33,103 nucleotides of DNA, taken from the IMG/VR virus record IMGVR_UViG_3300030098_002236, positions 1 through 33,103 of that record; one strand, 5' to 3'. The notes under the pieces were generated by a model. It saw only the letters and a program-made list of their open reading frames with translations. It searched no databases and was not told the origin of the DNA. The first letter of the stretch is position 1, and every line of letters starts with the position of its first letter. Shown here in pieces: positions 20,591 to 28,851 of the stretch. The DNA comes from a virus. Its lineage: Duplodnaviria > Caudoviricetes. Position numbers and translations under genes: made by a program.

Positions 20591-21286
20591 TTAGCTTTCC
20601 TCCTTTTTATCAAGCTGTTTAACAATATCAACAATCTTCTTTTGTAAAGAATCATGCTGTTCCCTATAGTGTTCTTTAATATAAGTAATATCCTCCATGT
20701 TTGCCTTATACATAGACCTTATAGCATCCTCATCTTTAAGTCCTTTTGCTACAGTCAACATTCCATTTATTTTAGCAACTGCCCATGCCTCTGATTTATC
20801 ATCATCAACATTCTTAGGTTCTTCTTTAGGTTCTTCCTTTGGTTTTGCTTTATCTTTTTTAACTGGTTTAGATTCTTTATCATCACTAGGTAAATCTTCA
20901 CCACCATAGATGTAATGCCCTAGACCAAATAGAGCCAAGCATTTAACAAGACAACGCATTTTAGTATCATTAACGTGTTTTGAGTTAGGATTCTCTACTG
21001 CATTATATCTATTATCCATGACTGGTAGCCACATATCCCTTGTAAGAGTTCCTATCTTGACTTGGCATCTTACTTCTGCTGTACCATCTGGCATCTGCAC
21101 ATAAGGAATACCACTATCTTTTTGCTCATAGAATCTAATTTGTGCATCTGGATAATTCTCCATGAGAATACCCCACGCCCATGCCCATGATAAATAAGAC
21201 AAGTTCATCTTCTTTTCTACATGATCGCTACAATCAATTTTTGATAGCGTATCCCACACATCTTTATAACTAAGTTCTTTAGCCAT
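20591..21286 (-). CDS. Sak/Rad52-like ssDNA annealing protein (DUF1071)
   Basis: HVEKK..LSYLSWAWAW..LPVMD..MRCLVKCLALFGLGHYIY.GEDLP. Confidence 0.9.
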   Translation of the reverse strand: MAKELSYKDVWDTLSKIDCSDHVEKKMNLSYLSWAWAWGILMENYPDAQIRFYEQKDSGIPYVQMPDGTAEVRCQVKIGTLTRDMWLPVMDNRYNAVENPNSKHVNDTKMRCLVKCLALFGLGHYIYGGEDLPSDDKESKPVKKDKAKPKEEPKEEPKNVDDDKSEAWAVAKINGMLTVAKGLKDEDAIRSMYKANMEDITYIKEHYREQHDSLQKKIVDIVKQLDKKEES

Positions 21287-21482
21287 TGTTTATCTCCTCA
21301 ATTTTAAATGCTTCATTAACATGATAGAGCAAGTCTGCTATTGCATGACACTCTTGGATATCTATACCACCATACTCAAACAAACTAGTAGCACCTCGTT
21401 TAGATTTAAAATAGTTCTTTTTAATCCATTCCAAATGTCTTTCTGGAATTTTGACTGTGATGATATTTTCTTTATCTCCCAT
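21279..21482 (-). CDS. Hypothetical protein
   Basis: 67 aa, GGAGG RBS. Confidence 0.65.
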   Translation of the reverse strand: MGDKENIITVKIPERHLEWIKKNYFKSKRGATSLFEYGGIDIQECHAIADLLYHVNEAFKIEEINNG

Positions 21483-22368
21483 TGTTTACCTCCTCTTGGT
21501 ATTGATTACAAAACTCAGCGACATTACAGTAATTGCCTGTGCAACGCATACACTCTCCCTTAGAATGTTCTATTGACACGCCTGTAAGTTCGCCATCCTT
21601 TATATACTTCTCAGCATCATCAAGACTAGGTAAAACCCTAACAGCAGTTTTCCTACCTTTCTTCATTACTCTGTAAGTATCTTCTTTCTTCCACCTTTCC
21701 TCGTCAGAACACAAGGGAAGTTCATCATTCAACAAAGCACTTAACTCTGAATCTTGATGTAGTGAAACTCTTTCTTCTATAAACTTTGTTTGTTCTTCGT
21801 AAGACCAAACTGGTATTTCAACAACAGTAATTGCACTAACTGGATAATCACCACCACGTCTTTGACGTTCACGTTTGTTCCAGTCTCTAGCTACAGCAAT
21901 AATATTTAACTGGTCTATAGTTTCTCTTGTGTGTACTTGGTGTAACCATGCATAACAATTTAGTTGTTGTTCCCAATCTGGTTTGCCACCTTTCATTGCA
22001 GATATGACAGTCCATACAGAAGTTACCTTATAATCTTTTAAAGTGTTTTCATCTTTTGCCAAGCTATCTGTTTGTCCACTGATAGTCCACCCATGAACAT
22101 CTGCAAAGTATCTTTGTTCAGTTACAGTATCATCATGGTTTTCATTGGCTCTTTCTAATACAGCATGGATGCCTTGACCTAAGAGTTTCCATACCTCGTC
22201 TGAATAATCTACAGTGATTTGTTCTTGATGTTGTTCATTTAACAATCTAATTCTAGGAGGTTGCAATAAACCAGTAACAGATATAACTGATTCCCCCTTG
22301 CTGTATTGATCATTCTTTAATGCTCTGATGATCTCTACTGGTACGTTATGTTTATTTGTATATTTCAT
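21472..22368 (-). CDS. PD-(D/E)xK Cas4-like exonuclease (annealase partner)
   Basis: SVT.L..P, G..IH, SGQTD..DYK, QLN.YA, C-terminal RC..NYC.V.EFC.QY. Confidence 0.85.
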   Translation of the reverse strand: MKYTNKHNVPVEIIRALKNDQYSKGESVISVTGLLQPPRIRLLNEQHQEQITVDYSDEVWKLLGQGIHAVLERANENHDDTVTEQRYFADVHGWTISGQTDSLAKDENTLKDYKVTSVWTVISAMKGGKPDWEQQLNCYAWLHQVHTRETIDQLNIIAVARDWNKRERQRRGGDYPVSAITVVEIPVWSYEEQTKFIEERVSLHQDSELSALLNDELPLCSDEERWKKEDTYRVMKKGRKTAVRVLPSLDDAEKYIKDGELTGVSIEHSKGECMRCTGNYCNVAEFCNQYQEEVNNGR

Positions 22369-22439
22369 TTTTTAGTAAATATCCAAAAAGTTATTGCCCA
22401 CACTAAAATAAATAAAGGTATCAGCAACAGTTCTATCAT
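22365..22439 (-). CDS. 24-aa hydrophobic peptide (MIELLLIPLFILVWAITFWIFTKK)
   Basis: Fills the gap and is ATGA-coupled to the exonuclease. Confidence 0.45.
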   Translation of the reverse strand: MIELLLIPLFILVWAITFWIFTKK

Positions 22440-22449
22440 TTTTTTGGTA

Positions 22450-22701
22450 TTACTTTGTCCTCCATATACCCACGCCATTTGGTCTTTGTGCTACAGTAAA
22501 GTTTTTACCAGTGTTTTCAAACTTTTTCTTATATCTTAGAACAAAATTTCTAATGGTTTTTATTTCTGTTTTTATATTGTCTGTTGCTATGGGTACAAGT
22601 ACCATTTGACCTAACTTTAAATCATCTAGTGGTAAATCATATTTTCTTGGTTTGCCTCTATTCTTAGGAATAGGCACTCCACTTTTAATTTCAAACTCCA
22701 T
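22450..22701 (-). CDS. Putative small DNA-binding protein
   Basis: IKSGVPIP..R...KY.LP...L..G...GV.IWR pattern. Confidence 0.65.
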   Translation of the reverse strand: MEFEIKSGVPIPKNRGKPRKYDLPLDDLKLGQMVLVPIATDNIKTEIKTIRNFVLRYKKKFENTGKNFTVAQRPNGVGIWRTK

Positions 22702-22941
22702 TTAAATCTCCTTTTTTACTTTATCAATTAAACTTTTTGCCTTTGCATTAACAGACTTAGCATCTTCTAACATTTCATTTGCACATAAGTTATACAGAAA
22801 TGCCTTGGTGACATTGTTGTTTTGATTATGATATTTAATAAAATATTGAAGTTGTTTTGCTTTGTTGATGCCAGTGTCTTTATGTATTTCGTCTAAAGTA
22901 TTCCACAATTGTCCATCAATCCAGATGTTGACGTATGCCAT
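22702..22941 (-). CDS. Putative ribbon-helix-helix regulator
   Basis: N-terminal VNIWID strand followed by helix-TG-INKA-helix; first gene after the promoter. Confidence 0.5.
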   Translation of the reverse strand: MAYVNIWIDGQLWNTLDEIHKDTGINKAKQLQYFIKYHNQNNNVTKAFLYNLCANEMLEDAKSVNAKAKSLIDKVKKEI

Positions 22942-22975
22942 AAACTATCCTCTCTCAATAAATGTTTATAAGATA

Positions 22976-23004
22976 ATGTTAAGATGATGTGTTGCATTTG
23001 TCAA
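22976..23004 (-). promoter_or_regulatory. Sigma70 promoter for the leftward recombination operon
   Basis: TTGACA-17-TAACAT. Confidence 0.7.
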
Positions 23005-23020
23005 TAAGATTATTTAGTAT
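22992..23020 (+). promoter_or_regulatory. Sigma70 promoter for the rightward replication genes (likely leaderless transcript)
   Basis: TTGCAT-17-TAGTAT with ATG 8 nt downstream and no RBS. Confidence 0.55.
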
Positions 23021-23028
23021 AGATAAAT

Positions 23029-23310
23029 ATGAATGAATCTACAAAAGAAGAAAAAAAATTAGATAGTTTGGTTTTAAAACAAGCAGTTAGAGATTTAGCT
23101 TCTAAGGATGTAGATTTATCCACTGGTGCAGAGGACTTCTTTTATTCAAAAGATTTTAAACAGCTATGTTTAAGGCTAGACATTGATATTGAAATCATGC
23201 GTAAAGCCATTAGGGAGTTAGTTGAATATCCAATTATATCTAAAAAGAAAATTGCTAATGATATAGCGAGAATGATAGATAAGAGTTTTATGCACTTAGA
23301 TAATTATTAG
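23029..23310 (+). CDS. Hypothetical protein
   Basis: 93 aa, V..QA..D...A..FF.S.DF..LC pattern, upstream of the primase-helicase. Confidence 0.7.
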   Translation: MNESTKEEKKLDSLVLKQAVRDLASKDVDLSTGAEDFFYSKDFKQLCLRLDIDIEIMRKAIRELVEYPIISKKKIANDIARMIDKSFMHLDNY

Positions 23311-23400
23311 TAGGTACATACTATATATATGTAATTACTAATTTTTTTTATTAGGTAACTACTAAAGTAGTTAATTATATACATAGTAAGGAGGTTAAAT

Positions 23401-25146
23401 ATGTATGTCAATCAAAAAGTAGAAAATTCAACAAGTGATTTGCCAATAGGACAACACAAAATTAGTTGTCCAGATTGTCAAGGCACTAGATCAAAAAACA
23501 AAAGAGACAAACCTTTATCTGTAAATATAGATTCAGATAGAGTTGTTTTTAATTGTCATCACTGTGGCAGTAACGGAGTTATATCAAAAAAGAGGAGTTT
23601 TAAAATGGAGGTCGTAAAAGAACCAGTCAAGAATGTAAAAGTTGTTAAGCCAAAGAAAGAAACAGAGGGAGAATCAGCTAAATGGTTGGCAGAAAGAGGT
23701 ATATGTTTGCAAACTGCAATCACATCTGGTTGCATCCCAGCTCAAAAGAAATATAAACCAGTCATAGGTTTTTCCTACCTTGACGAGGATGGCAAGGTCA
23801 TTGCTATGAAGTATCGCAGTGCAAATGGCGACAAGATGTTCTGGTGGGAGGGCAGTGAAAACAGATTGTGGGGTTTGAATCCAAAGAACAAAGCATTAAA
23901 AGACATTGAAGATACGATAGTCATTACAGAGGGAGAAATGGATTGTCTTGCTATCAAAACAGCTTTTAAAGACTATGCCAACATAGAGGTTTACTCAGTT
24001 CCCAATGGTGCACCAAGCAAAATAAACGATAACAAGATCGACCCAAGTGAAGATAACAAATTCAAATACATATGGGAAGATAGAGCCAAGTTTGAGAAAA
24101 CCAAAAGAATAATACTAGCAACAGACAATGATTCGGCAGGTGATGTACTGGCACATGAATTAGCTAGAAGATTAAACATAGCAAGATGCTATCGTATTGA
24201 TTACAAAGGACACAAAGACAGCAATGATGTCTTAATTGTTGAGGGTTCAGATGCATTAAGAAAACAAGTTCTTAATGCGAAACCAATACCTTTGCATGGA
24301 CTTAACAGCATTGACCACTATCAAGAAGAATTACAAAACCTTTATGAGCAAGGCAAACCTAGAGGTGTAACAACTGGGTTTCCAACAGTGGATGAGCTAT
24401 TCACTCTGGCTACAGGAAATTTATTTGTTGTAACTGGCTACCCTGGGGATGGCAAGTCAGCGTTTATTGACCAGTTAATAATCAATGTTGGTAGAACCTC
24501 TGGTTGGAAAACCTGTTACTGCTCTTTTGAAAAGCCACCAAGTCTCCATGCTGTACAACTCGCACAGGTACTAACTGGCAAACCATTCTTTGAGGGTCAG
24601 AATCCACGAATGAATCAAGAAGAGAAAGACTTTGCTGAATCATGGATTAGAGATCACATACTGTTTCAAGACTATCTTGGAGGAGAATTGCCTACAATAG
24701 AAGCAATCCTTGAAAAAGGTCAGTCAGCAGTTATGCGTTATGGCATTAGATGTTTAGTCATAGACCCTTACAACTTCATTCATAACGATAAGCACACTGG
24801 TCTAGAAACTGATATGGTCAGTGAAATGCTTACCAAAGTACAGCTTTTCGCCAAGCAACATGACGTATTGGTATTTTTTGTAGCACATCCAACAAAACCA
24901 TTTGTAAGAGACGGAAAAAAGAATGTCTGTACTGGTGTTGATATAGCTAAATCAATGGCATGGTTTAGTAAAGCAGACATGGGAATGACAGTCTATCGAG
25001 GTGATGAGGGAGTAGAGATTCATTGTTGGAAATGTCGTTGGGGTTGGAATGGTAGTTTAGGCAGTGTAAACTTAACTTTCAATCCTGTTAATAATCAGTA
25101 TGAACAAGCAGAAGTTATTGCAGACAACTACGACTGGGATTTCTAA
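23401..25146 (+). CDS. Bifunctional primase-helicase (T7 gp4/Twinkle-like)
   Basis: Zn finger CPDC..CHHC, TOPRIM ITEGEMD/SVPNGA/TDNDSAG, Walker A TGYPGDGKS, IDPYN, VAHP.K; AGGAGG RBS. Confidence 0.95.
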   Translation: MYVNQKVENSTSDLPIGQHKISCPDCQGTRSKNKRDKPLSVNIDSDRVVFNCHHCGSNGVISKKRSFKMEVVKEPVKNVKVVKPKKETEGESAKWLAERGICLQTAITSGCIPAQKKYKPVIGFSYLDEDGKVIAMKYRSANGDKMFWWEGSENRLWGLNPKNKALKDIEDTIVITEGEMDCLAIKTAFKDYANIEVYSVPNGAPSKINDNKIDPSEDNKFKYIWEDRAKFEKTKRIILATDNDSAGDVLAHELARRLNIARCYRIDYKGHKDSNDVLIVEGSDALRKQVLNAKPIPLHGLNSIDHYQEELQNLYEQGKPRGVTTGFPTVDELFTLATGNLFVVTGYPGDGKSAFIDQLIINVGRTSGWKTCYCSFEKPPSLHAVQLAQVLTGKPFFEGQNPRMNQEEKDFAESWIRDHILFQDYLGGELPTIEAILEKGQSAVMRYGIRCLVIDPYNFIHNDKHTGLETDMVSEMLTKVQLFAKQHDVLVFFVAHPTKPFVRDGKKNVCTGVDIAKSMAWFSKADMGMTVYRGDEGVEIHCWKCRWGWNGSLGSVNLTFNPVNNQYEQAEVIADNYDWDF

Positions 25147-25633
25147 TCTACAGTTAAACGAAATAGGTAATGCCTACTTACATAAACGTAATAAAGTAGG
25201 CATAGTTCCTATTAAAAAAAGTAGACAAGGTAGAGCCATTGTCTACGATCAACATATCATTGACAGACTGTATATCGACAGTCACATAAACGAACAACAA
25301 CACAACATACTAAATCAATATCTTTCAGTGATATCAAGGAGTGGTTGTTTTCCATCCTGCTTCCCAGACGCAAATAAAATATTTACTGGTCAATATCCAA
25401 ATTCGCCTCCAAAAGCAATCATACTCGTTGGTGTACAAAAGCATTTGGCAAAAGAGTTAGGTGTAAAAAATGAATCAAGATTATGGAAAATCTTTGTAGA
25501 TAACCCAAAGAAATTGGGTAAAAGGGATATTAAATTGGTTAATGCTTTAGCTGAAAGCCTTATGACTTATTGGTTCATTGGTCATCAAAATCCTGTTTCT
25601 TTGTTTCAACAAGCCCTGTCAAACCCCATTTAG
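25100..25633 (+). CDS. Hypothetical protein (start uncertain)
   Basis: 177-aa open frame following the helicase. Confidence 0.6.
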   Translation: MNKQKLLQTTTTGISNLQLNEIGNAYLHKRNKVGIVPIKKSRQGRAIVYDQHIIDRLYIDSHINEQQHNILNQYLSVISRSGCFPSCFPDANKIFTGQYPNSPPKAIILVGVQKHLAKELGVKNESRLWKIFVDNPKKLGKRDIKLVNALAESLMTYWFIGHQNPVSLFQQALSNPI

Positions 25634-25829
25634 GCTCAACAGGTGAAGTGTGGACTATCACTTCTTCTTTAGCAACATGGTCATCAACTGTTACATTTTT
25701 ATCATCAGCTAACGAATGAATCATGTGAATCATTTGTTTATTTAGTGATCTATTTTCTTTTTTTGCTAACGCATGAGCAAGTTTATATGTATCTTCTGAA
25801 CATCTAATGAATAGACTTTTGTGTGTCAT
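25575..25829 (-). CDS. Arc/Mnt-like ribbon-helix-helix repressor
   Basis: KSLFIRCSE..Y..A..LAKKENRSLNKQMIHMI matches the Arc 'RS.N..I' signature. Confidence 0.75.
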   Translation of the reverse strand: MTHKSLFIRCSEDTYKLAHALAKKENRSLNKQMIHMIHSLADDKNVTVDDHVAKEEVIVHTSPVEPKWGLTGLVETKKQDFDDQ

Positions 25830-26109
25830 CTTTCAAATCCTCGTAATCAATATTAATCGAACCCTCTACTTTACCTACAGCAACACTCTCTCTTCCAACC
25901 TGCCAAAACTTACCCTCTTTCAGAGTTTCTATGGCATGATCTAAATAGTGTTCATTCGCACCCAACAGAGGATGATCTAGTAAAGTAATAGCAAAGGACA
26001 TTGCATCTACTTCTGTATCAAACAACCAAACTAAATGTTTCCACTCTCCTACAGAGTTATATTTATCTCTTACATCTAATTCAAAGGTATGTCTAATAAC
26101 AGCAAACAT
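25804..26109 (-). CDS. Hypothetical protein (probably leaderless)
   Basis: 101 aa; TACAAT -10 element at 26116-26121 lies 6 nt upstream of the ATG. Confidence 0.65.
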   Translation of the reverse strand: MFAVIRHTFELDVRDKYNSVGEWKHLVWLFDTEVDAMSFAITLLDHPLLGANEHYLDHAIETLKEGKFWQVGRESVAVGKVEGSINIDYEDLKDDTQKSIH

Positions 26110-26162
26110 TAAATTATTGTAAGCGAAGTGCTATCAAAATGAAAGTAAATGTTCTACATAGA

Positions 26163-26210
26163 ACACAGTATATAGTGATTTTTTTGAACGGAAAACACAA
26201 GATGTTGGGG
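26163..26210. promoter_or_regulatory. Tandem NrdR-box-like sites
   Basis: ACACAGTATATAGTGA (26163-26178) and ACACAAGATGTTGGGG (26195-26210) against consensus acaCwAtATaTwGtgt; 32 bp apart. Confidence 0.6.
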
Positions 26211-26400
26211 ATCAGGTGCTACGCGTAAAAAGAATATTTACTAGTCTAAGGTTTTTCCAGAAGGATCGAAAATCAAAATATTTTTAAATCAGGAAACTGG
26301 GATGGTAAGTTTTACAAATACCAATACAAATAACAATACCAACACAAATACAAATTCTGTCTCAATCAATCGACTGTCTCTCGTTAATTTTTTTTAGACC

Positions 26401-26433
26401 AAAAAAAAGGGAAGATTTTTACATCTTCCCTTT
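26401..26433 (-). terminator. Intrinsic terminator
   Basis: GGGAAGAU-GUAAAA-AUCUUCCC followed by U8. Confidence 0.85.
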
Positions 26434-26504
26434 AGGTGTTAGGTTATTACTAACTTATTAACACAGTAGGAGGTTTTAATTACTATGTTAATCAAACATA
26501 CTTG
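26401..26504 (-). ncRNA. Predicted ~100-nt sRNA with an anti-Shine-Dalgarno loop
   Basis: Own promoter and terminator. 11-bp stem UUAACAUAGUA/UACUGUGUUAA with loop AUUAAAACCUCC; second hairpin GUUAG/CUAAC. Confidence 0.65.
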
Positions 26505-26509
26505 GTTTT

Positions 26510-26538
26510 AATATAGGTCAAAAGATTGCAAAACGCAA
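26510..26538 (-). promoter_or_regulatory. Sigma70 promoter of the predicted sRNA
   Basis: TTGCGT-17-TATATT. Confidence 0.6.
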
Positions 26539-26541
26539 TAG

Positions 26542-26583
26542 TTATCCACAATTTATTAACAACTTGTCCACAGGTTGTTTACA
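26542..26583 (+). promoter_or_regulatory. Array of four DnaA-box-like 9-mers at 11-bp period
   Basis: TTATCCACA (26542, perfect), TTATTAACA (26553), TTGTCCACA (26564), TTGTTTACA (26575). Confidence 0.65.
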
Positions 26584-26731
26584 TCCATATTTTTACCAGT
26601 AAATATTTATTTTGAGCTTTCCAAAACACGTTAGCGACTACTATCACCCAACTACCAACAATCAATATATACCAGTAAATATTTATACAATCAGGTGATC
26701 GGGCTTCTACCACTTTCTCTTTATTTTTGCC

Positions 26732-26770
26732 AAAAAAAAAGCGATAGCCACTAATTAAAGTAGCTATCGC
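26732..26770 (-). terminator. Intrinsic terminator of the early operon
   Basis: GCGAUAGCUACU-UUAAUU-AGUGGCUAUCGC followed by U9. Confidence 0.9.
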
Positions 26771-26990
26771 CCATGACAATTTCTTTTGTGAGTTTGTCAA
26801 ACGCACTGCTATTCGTTATTTATACCTGTTATTTATCGTTAGCATTTAATATTTATTTTGCTTGGTACTTGCACTCTAGCAACTGGCAAGTCTAGTTTTT
26901 GTTTTCAAGAGCCAAACTAACAGACTCATGCAATTTCAGTTATTTTATTTTATGTCGTATAACTGGACACAACGTTCAAGATCGACATTC
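26771..26990 (-). ncRNA. Putative structured RNA (3' trailer) with a pseudoknot and a module shared with the hammerhead insert
   Basis: Interleaved stems AUGUCG/CGACAU and CAGUUAU/AUAACUG; 22 nt at 26841-26862 are identical to 29923-29944. Confidence 0.5.
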
Positions 26991-26992
26991 AC

Positions 26993-27190
26993 TCAGCTAT
27001 TCTCTTCCATAAAAGAAGTTCTAGCATCATGATAAAAGGCAACTTGAACACCTTGATAAGTTCTAATATCAGCAACACTATCTAAACCAACTTTTTCTTG
27101 GTCAGATAATGTGCTAATAATCACCCAATCTTTATGTCCAAATTCCTCTTCGCAGTGGTCATCTATGATTTCAGTAATATCTCTGCTCAT
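26993..27190 (-). CDS. Small acidic hypothetical protein
   Basis: 65 aa, GAGGAG RBS, ATGA-coupled. Confidence 0.7.
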   Translation of the reverse strand: MSRDITEIIDDHCEEEFGHKDWVIISTLSDQEKVGLDSVADIRTYQGVQVAFYHDARTSFMEENS

Positions 27191-27393
27191 AATTTCAACT
27201 CCTCTTCATCAGACACACTGATTAATTCATAGTCTCCACCTTGAGATTTAATTTCCTCCCACTCTTTACTGGCATCATCAGAAAAATCGCCACTTAACAT
27301 TAAATTAACAGCATCTTCCTCAGATTCAGCGATTACCTCGCATCTCTCAGTAGTAGAAAAATCCATTTCAAATACATATCTTTTTATAGTCAT
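27187..27393 (-). CDS. Small acidic hypothetical protein ('V.AESEEDA' type)
   Basis: 68 aa, AGGAGG RBS. Confidence 0.75.
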   Translation of the reverse strand: MTIKRYVFEMDFSTTERCEVIAESEEDAVNLMLSGDFSDDASKEWEEIKSQGGDYELISVSDEEELKL

Positions 27394-27421
27394 AAAACCT
27401 CCTATTTTTTATGTATTTATT

Positions 27422-27488
27422 TAAGTTTCTGTTTCACCTATTTTTAGGCTCATCAGTGAAAAACACCCATTTTTCAGACAAAAACTCA
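27422..27488 (-). ncRNA. Hammerhead ribozyme, type III (HH1)
   Basis: UGAGUUUUUG-UC^UGAAAAA(UGGGUG)UUUUUCA-CUGAUGA-GCCUA(AAAA)UAGGU-GAAA-CAGAAACUUA; predicted cut between 27477 and 27476. Confidence 0.85.
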
Positions 27489-27585
27489 GATTTCGACCTC
27501 TCAGAATCCTCTCTCTTGCATTAAGACGATAAGGGTAAGGGTCTAGCATAGGCTAGATTACCCTACCCTTAAATCGAATCAGACG

Positions 27586-28851
27586 TTAGTGAAACTCAGA
27601 AACGTTGACGTATACGTTCTCCCCAAAAGGAAATTTAGGGTCATACTCATAACCATTATGAGTTATCGCCCAAATTACAGGAACGCTTGGCTCTACTTTT
27701 GCATCCACTTCGCCATAAGCATCTGTGAAATAAATAAAGGCACAAACTTCCTCAACATCATCTGAATAGTTATTAAAGAGATTAAAAGGAGGGTCAAAAT
27801 CTGTTCCTCCTCCACCTCTTACCTCTAGTTCAATATCATCACCCATTGAGAGATCAAATACATCCCACCATTCATCCTCGCTATTTTTTCTTACAGTAGT
27901 ATCGCAATAGCAAACTCTTACTTTATCAATGTTGCAAGATTCACATATTGCCTGTAATTCCTCAGAAAAAATGTTGAGTTCAAATTGTGAAACTGAACCA
28001 CTGGTATCAATGGCAACTGCAATTTCCCCACCCTCATTAGAACGTATCTTGCTAGGTAAATTAATACCCCTCCAAGAATGACGTTTATTCAGTCTTGACC
28101 ATGATTGATCTTTTAGGGTCATTGAAGTTAGTAAATCAGATAACAAGTCTCTCCAGTTAAGAGTTCCACCCTTAACAGCATCAACTCTTCCAGTCATTGA
28201 GGAAGTTCCACTCAGACTGGCGATCTTATCAGCGAAAAACACTTGCGATCTGATAGCATTAGACATTTCTTCCTTTTCAGATTCATTAAGAGGTTTACCC
28301 TCTTCGTTCACTGCATCCCATACCTCACCTACAAGTTTAGGTATGTTGGAATACTTATCATCACTTGATGATTGTGAATTGCTATCTGAATCATCAGAAT
28401 TGCCATTTGCACTATTGCACTCATCTATTGCTTGTTGCAAGGCATCATCATTAGTATCAAGTTCTCGATAGACTTGTTCAGCAGTCCACCCACGATACTT
28501 ATAATTAAATAATCCACCTTGAGGTAAATCCATGCCTAGATCAATTTTGATATAAGCATTGATTACATAATCAGTAGCTACATTCCATAGTTCGTGATTA
28601 CGTTTACCTCGTCTAAGTGGATGTTCCCATACAACGTGCATAGATTCATGGATGAGAACACACTCTATCTCTTTATCTGTTATCTCTTTAACAAACTTAG
28701 GATTCCAAAGTATCTCTTTTCCATTGGTAGCCATAGTGTCGCACTTATCAGTTTCTACTAATTCAAGATTAAGTAGCATTGATGCAATTCCTACATCATG
28801 TTTCATTAATCTTGCTCTTGCTTGTAAAACTCTATCAGTCATCTTTACCAC
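27586..28851 (-). CDS. DUF2201-type metallopeptidase + vWA domain protein
   Basis: TMATNG, HESMH (HExxH), WNVATDYVIN, MIDAS DTSGS, GGGGTDF, FTD. Confidence 0.92.
   Translation of the reverse strand: MVKMTDRVLQARARLMKHDVGIASMLLNLELVETDKCDTMATNGKEILWNPKFVKEITDKEIECVLIHESMHVVWEHPLRRGKRNHELWNVATDYVINAYIKIDLGMDLPQGGLFNYKYRGWTAEQVYRELDTNDDALQQAIDECNSANGNSDDSDSNSQSSSDDKYSNIPKLVGEVWDAVNEEGKPLNESEKEEMSNAIRSQVFFADKIASLSGTSSMTGRVDAVKGGTLNWRDLLSDLLTSMTLKDQSWSRLNKRHSWRGINLPSKIRSNEGGEIAVAIDTSGSVSQFELNIFSEELQAICESCNIDKVRVCYCDTTVRKNSEDEWWDVFDLSMGDDIELEVRGGGGTDFDPPFNLFNNYSDDVEEVCAFIYFTDAYGEVDAKVEPSVPVIWAITHNGYEYDPKFPFGENVYVNVSEFH

Noticed and set aside
21472-22368. Cas4 as part of a CRISPR system
   Set aside because: It sits with an annealase and SSB, so it is a standard phage recombination exonuclease.
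23311-23390. AT-rich palindromes before the primase-helicase as a replication origin
   Set aside because: Short inverted repeats exist (TAACTACT/AGTAGTTA) but are plausible by chance at this AT content, and there is no further support.
26486-26512. + strand mini-ORF MLIKHTWF behind AGGAGG
   Set aside because: Only 8 codons with long SD spacing. The - strand promoter, stem-loop and terminator explain the sequence better.
26579-26806. 75-aa ORF in the track
   Set aside because: It runs through the intrinsic terminator and palindrome sites and has no RBS.
26771-26990. tmRNA or a seventh hammerhead
   Set aside because: No acceptor stem, T-arm or CCA is visible. GUC plus a stem is present but is not followed by a CUGANGA core.
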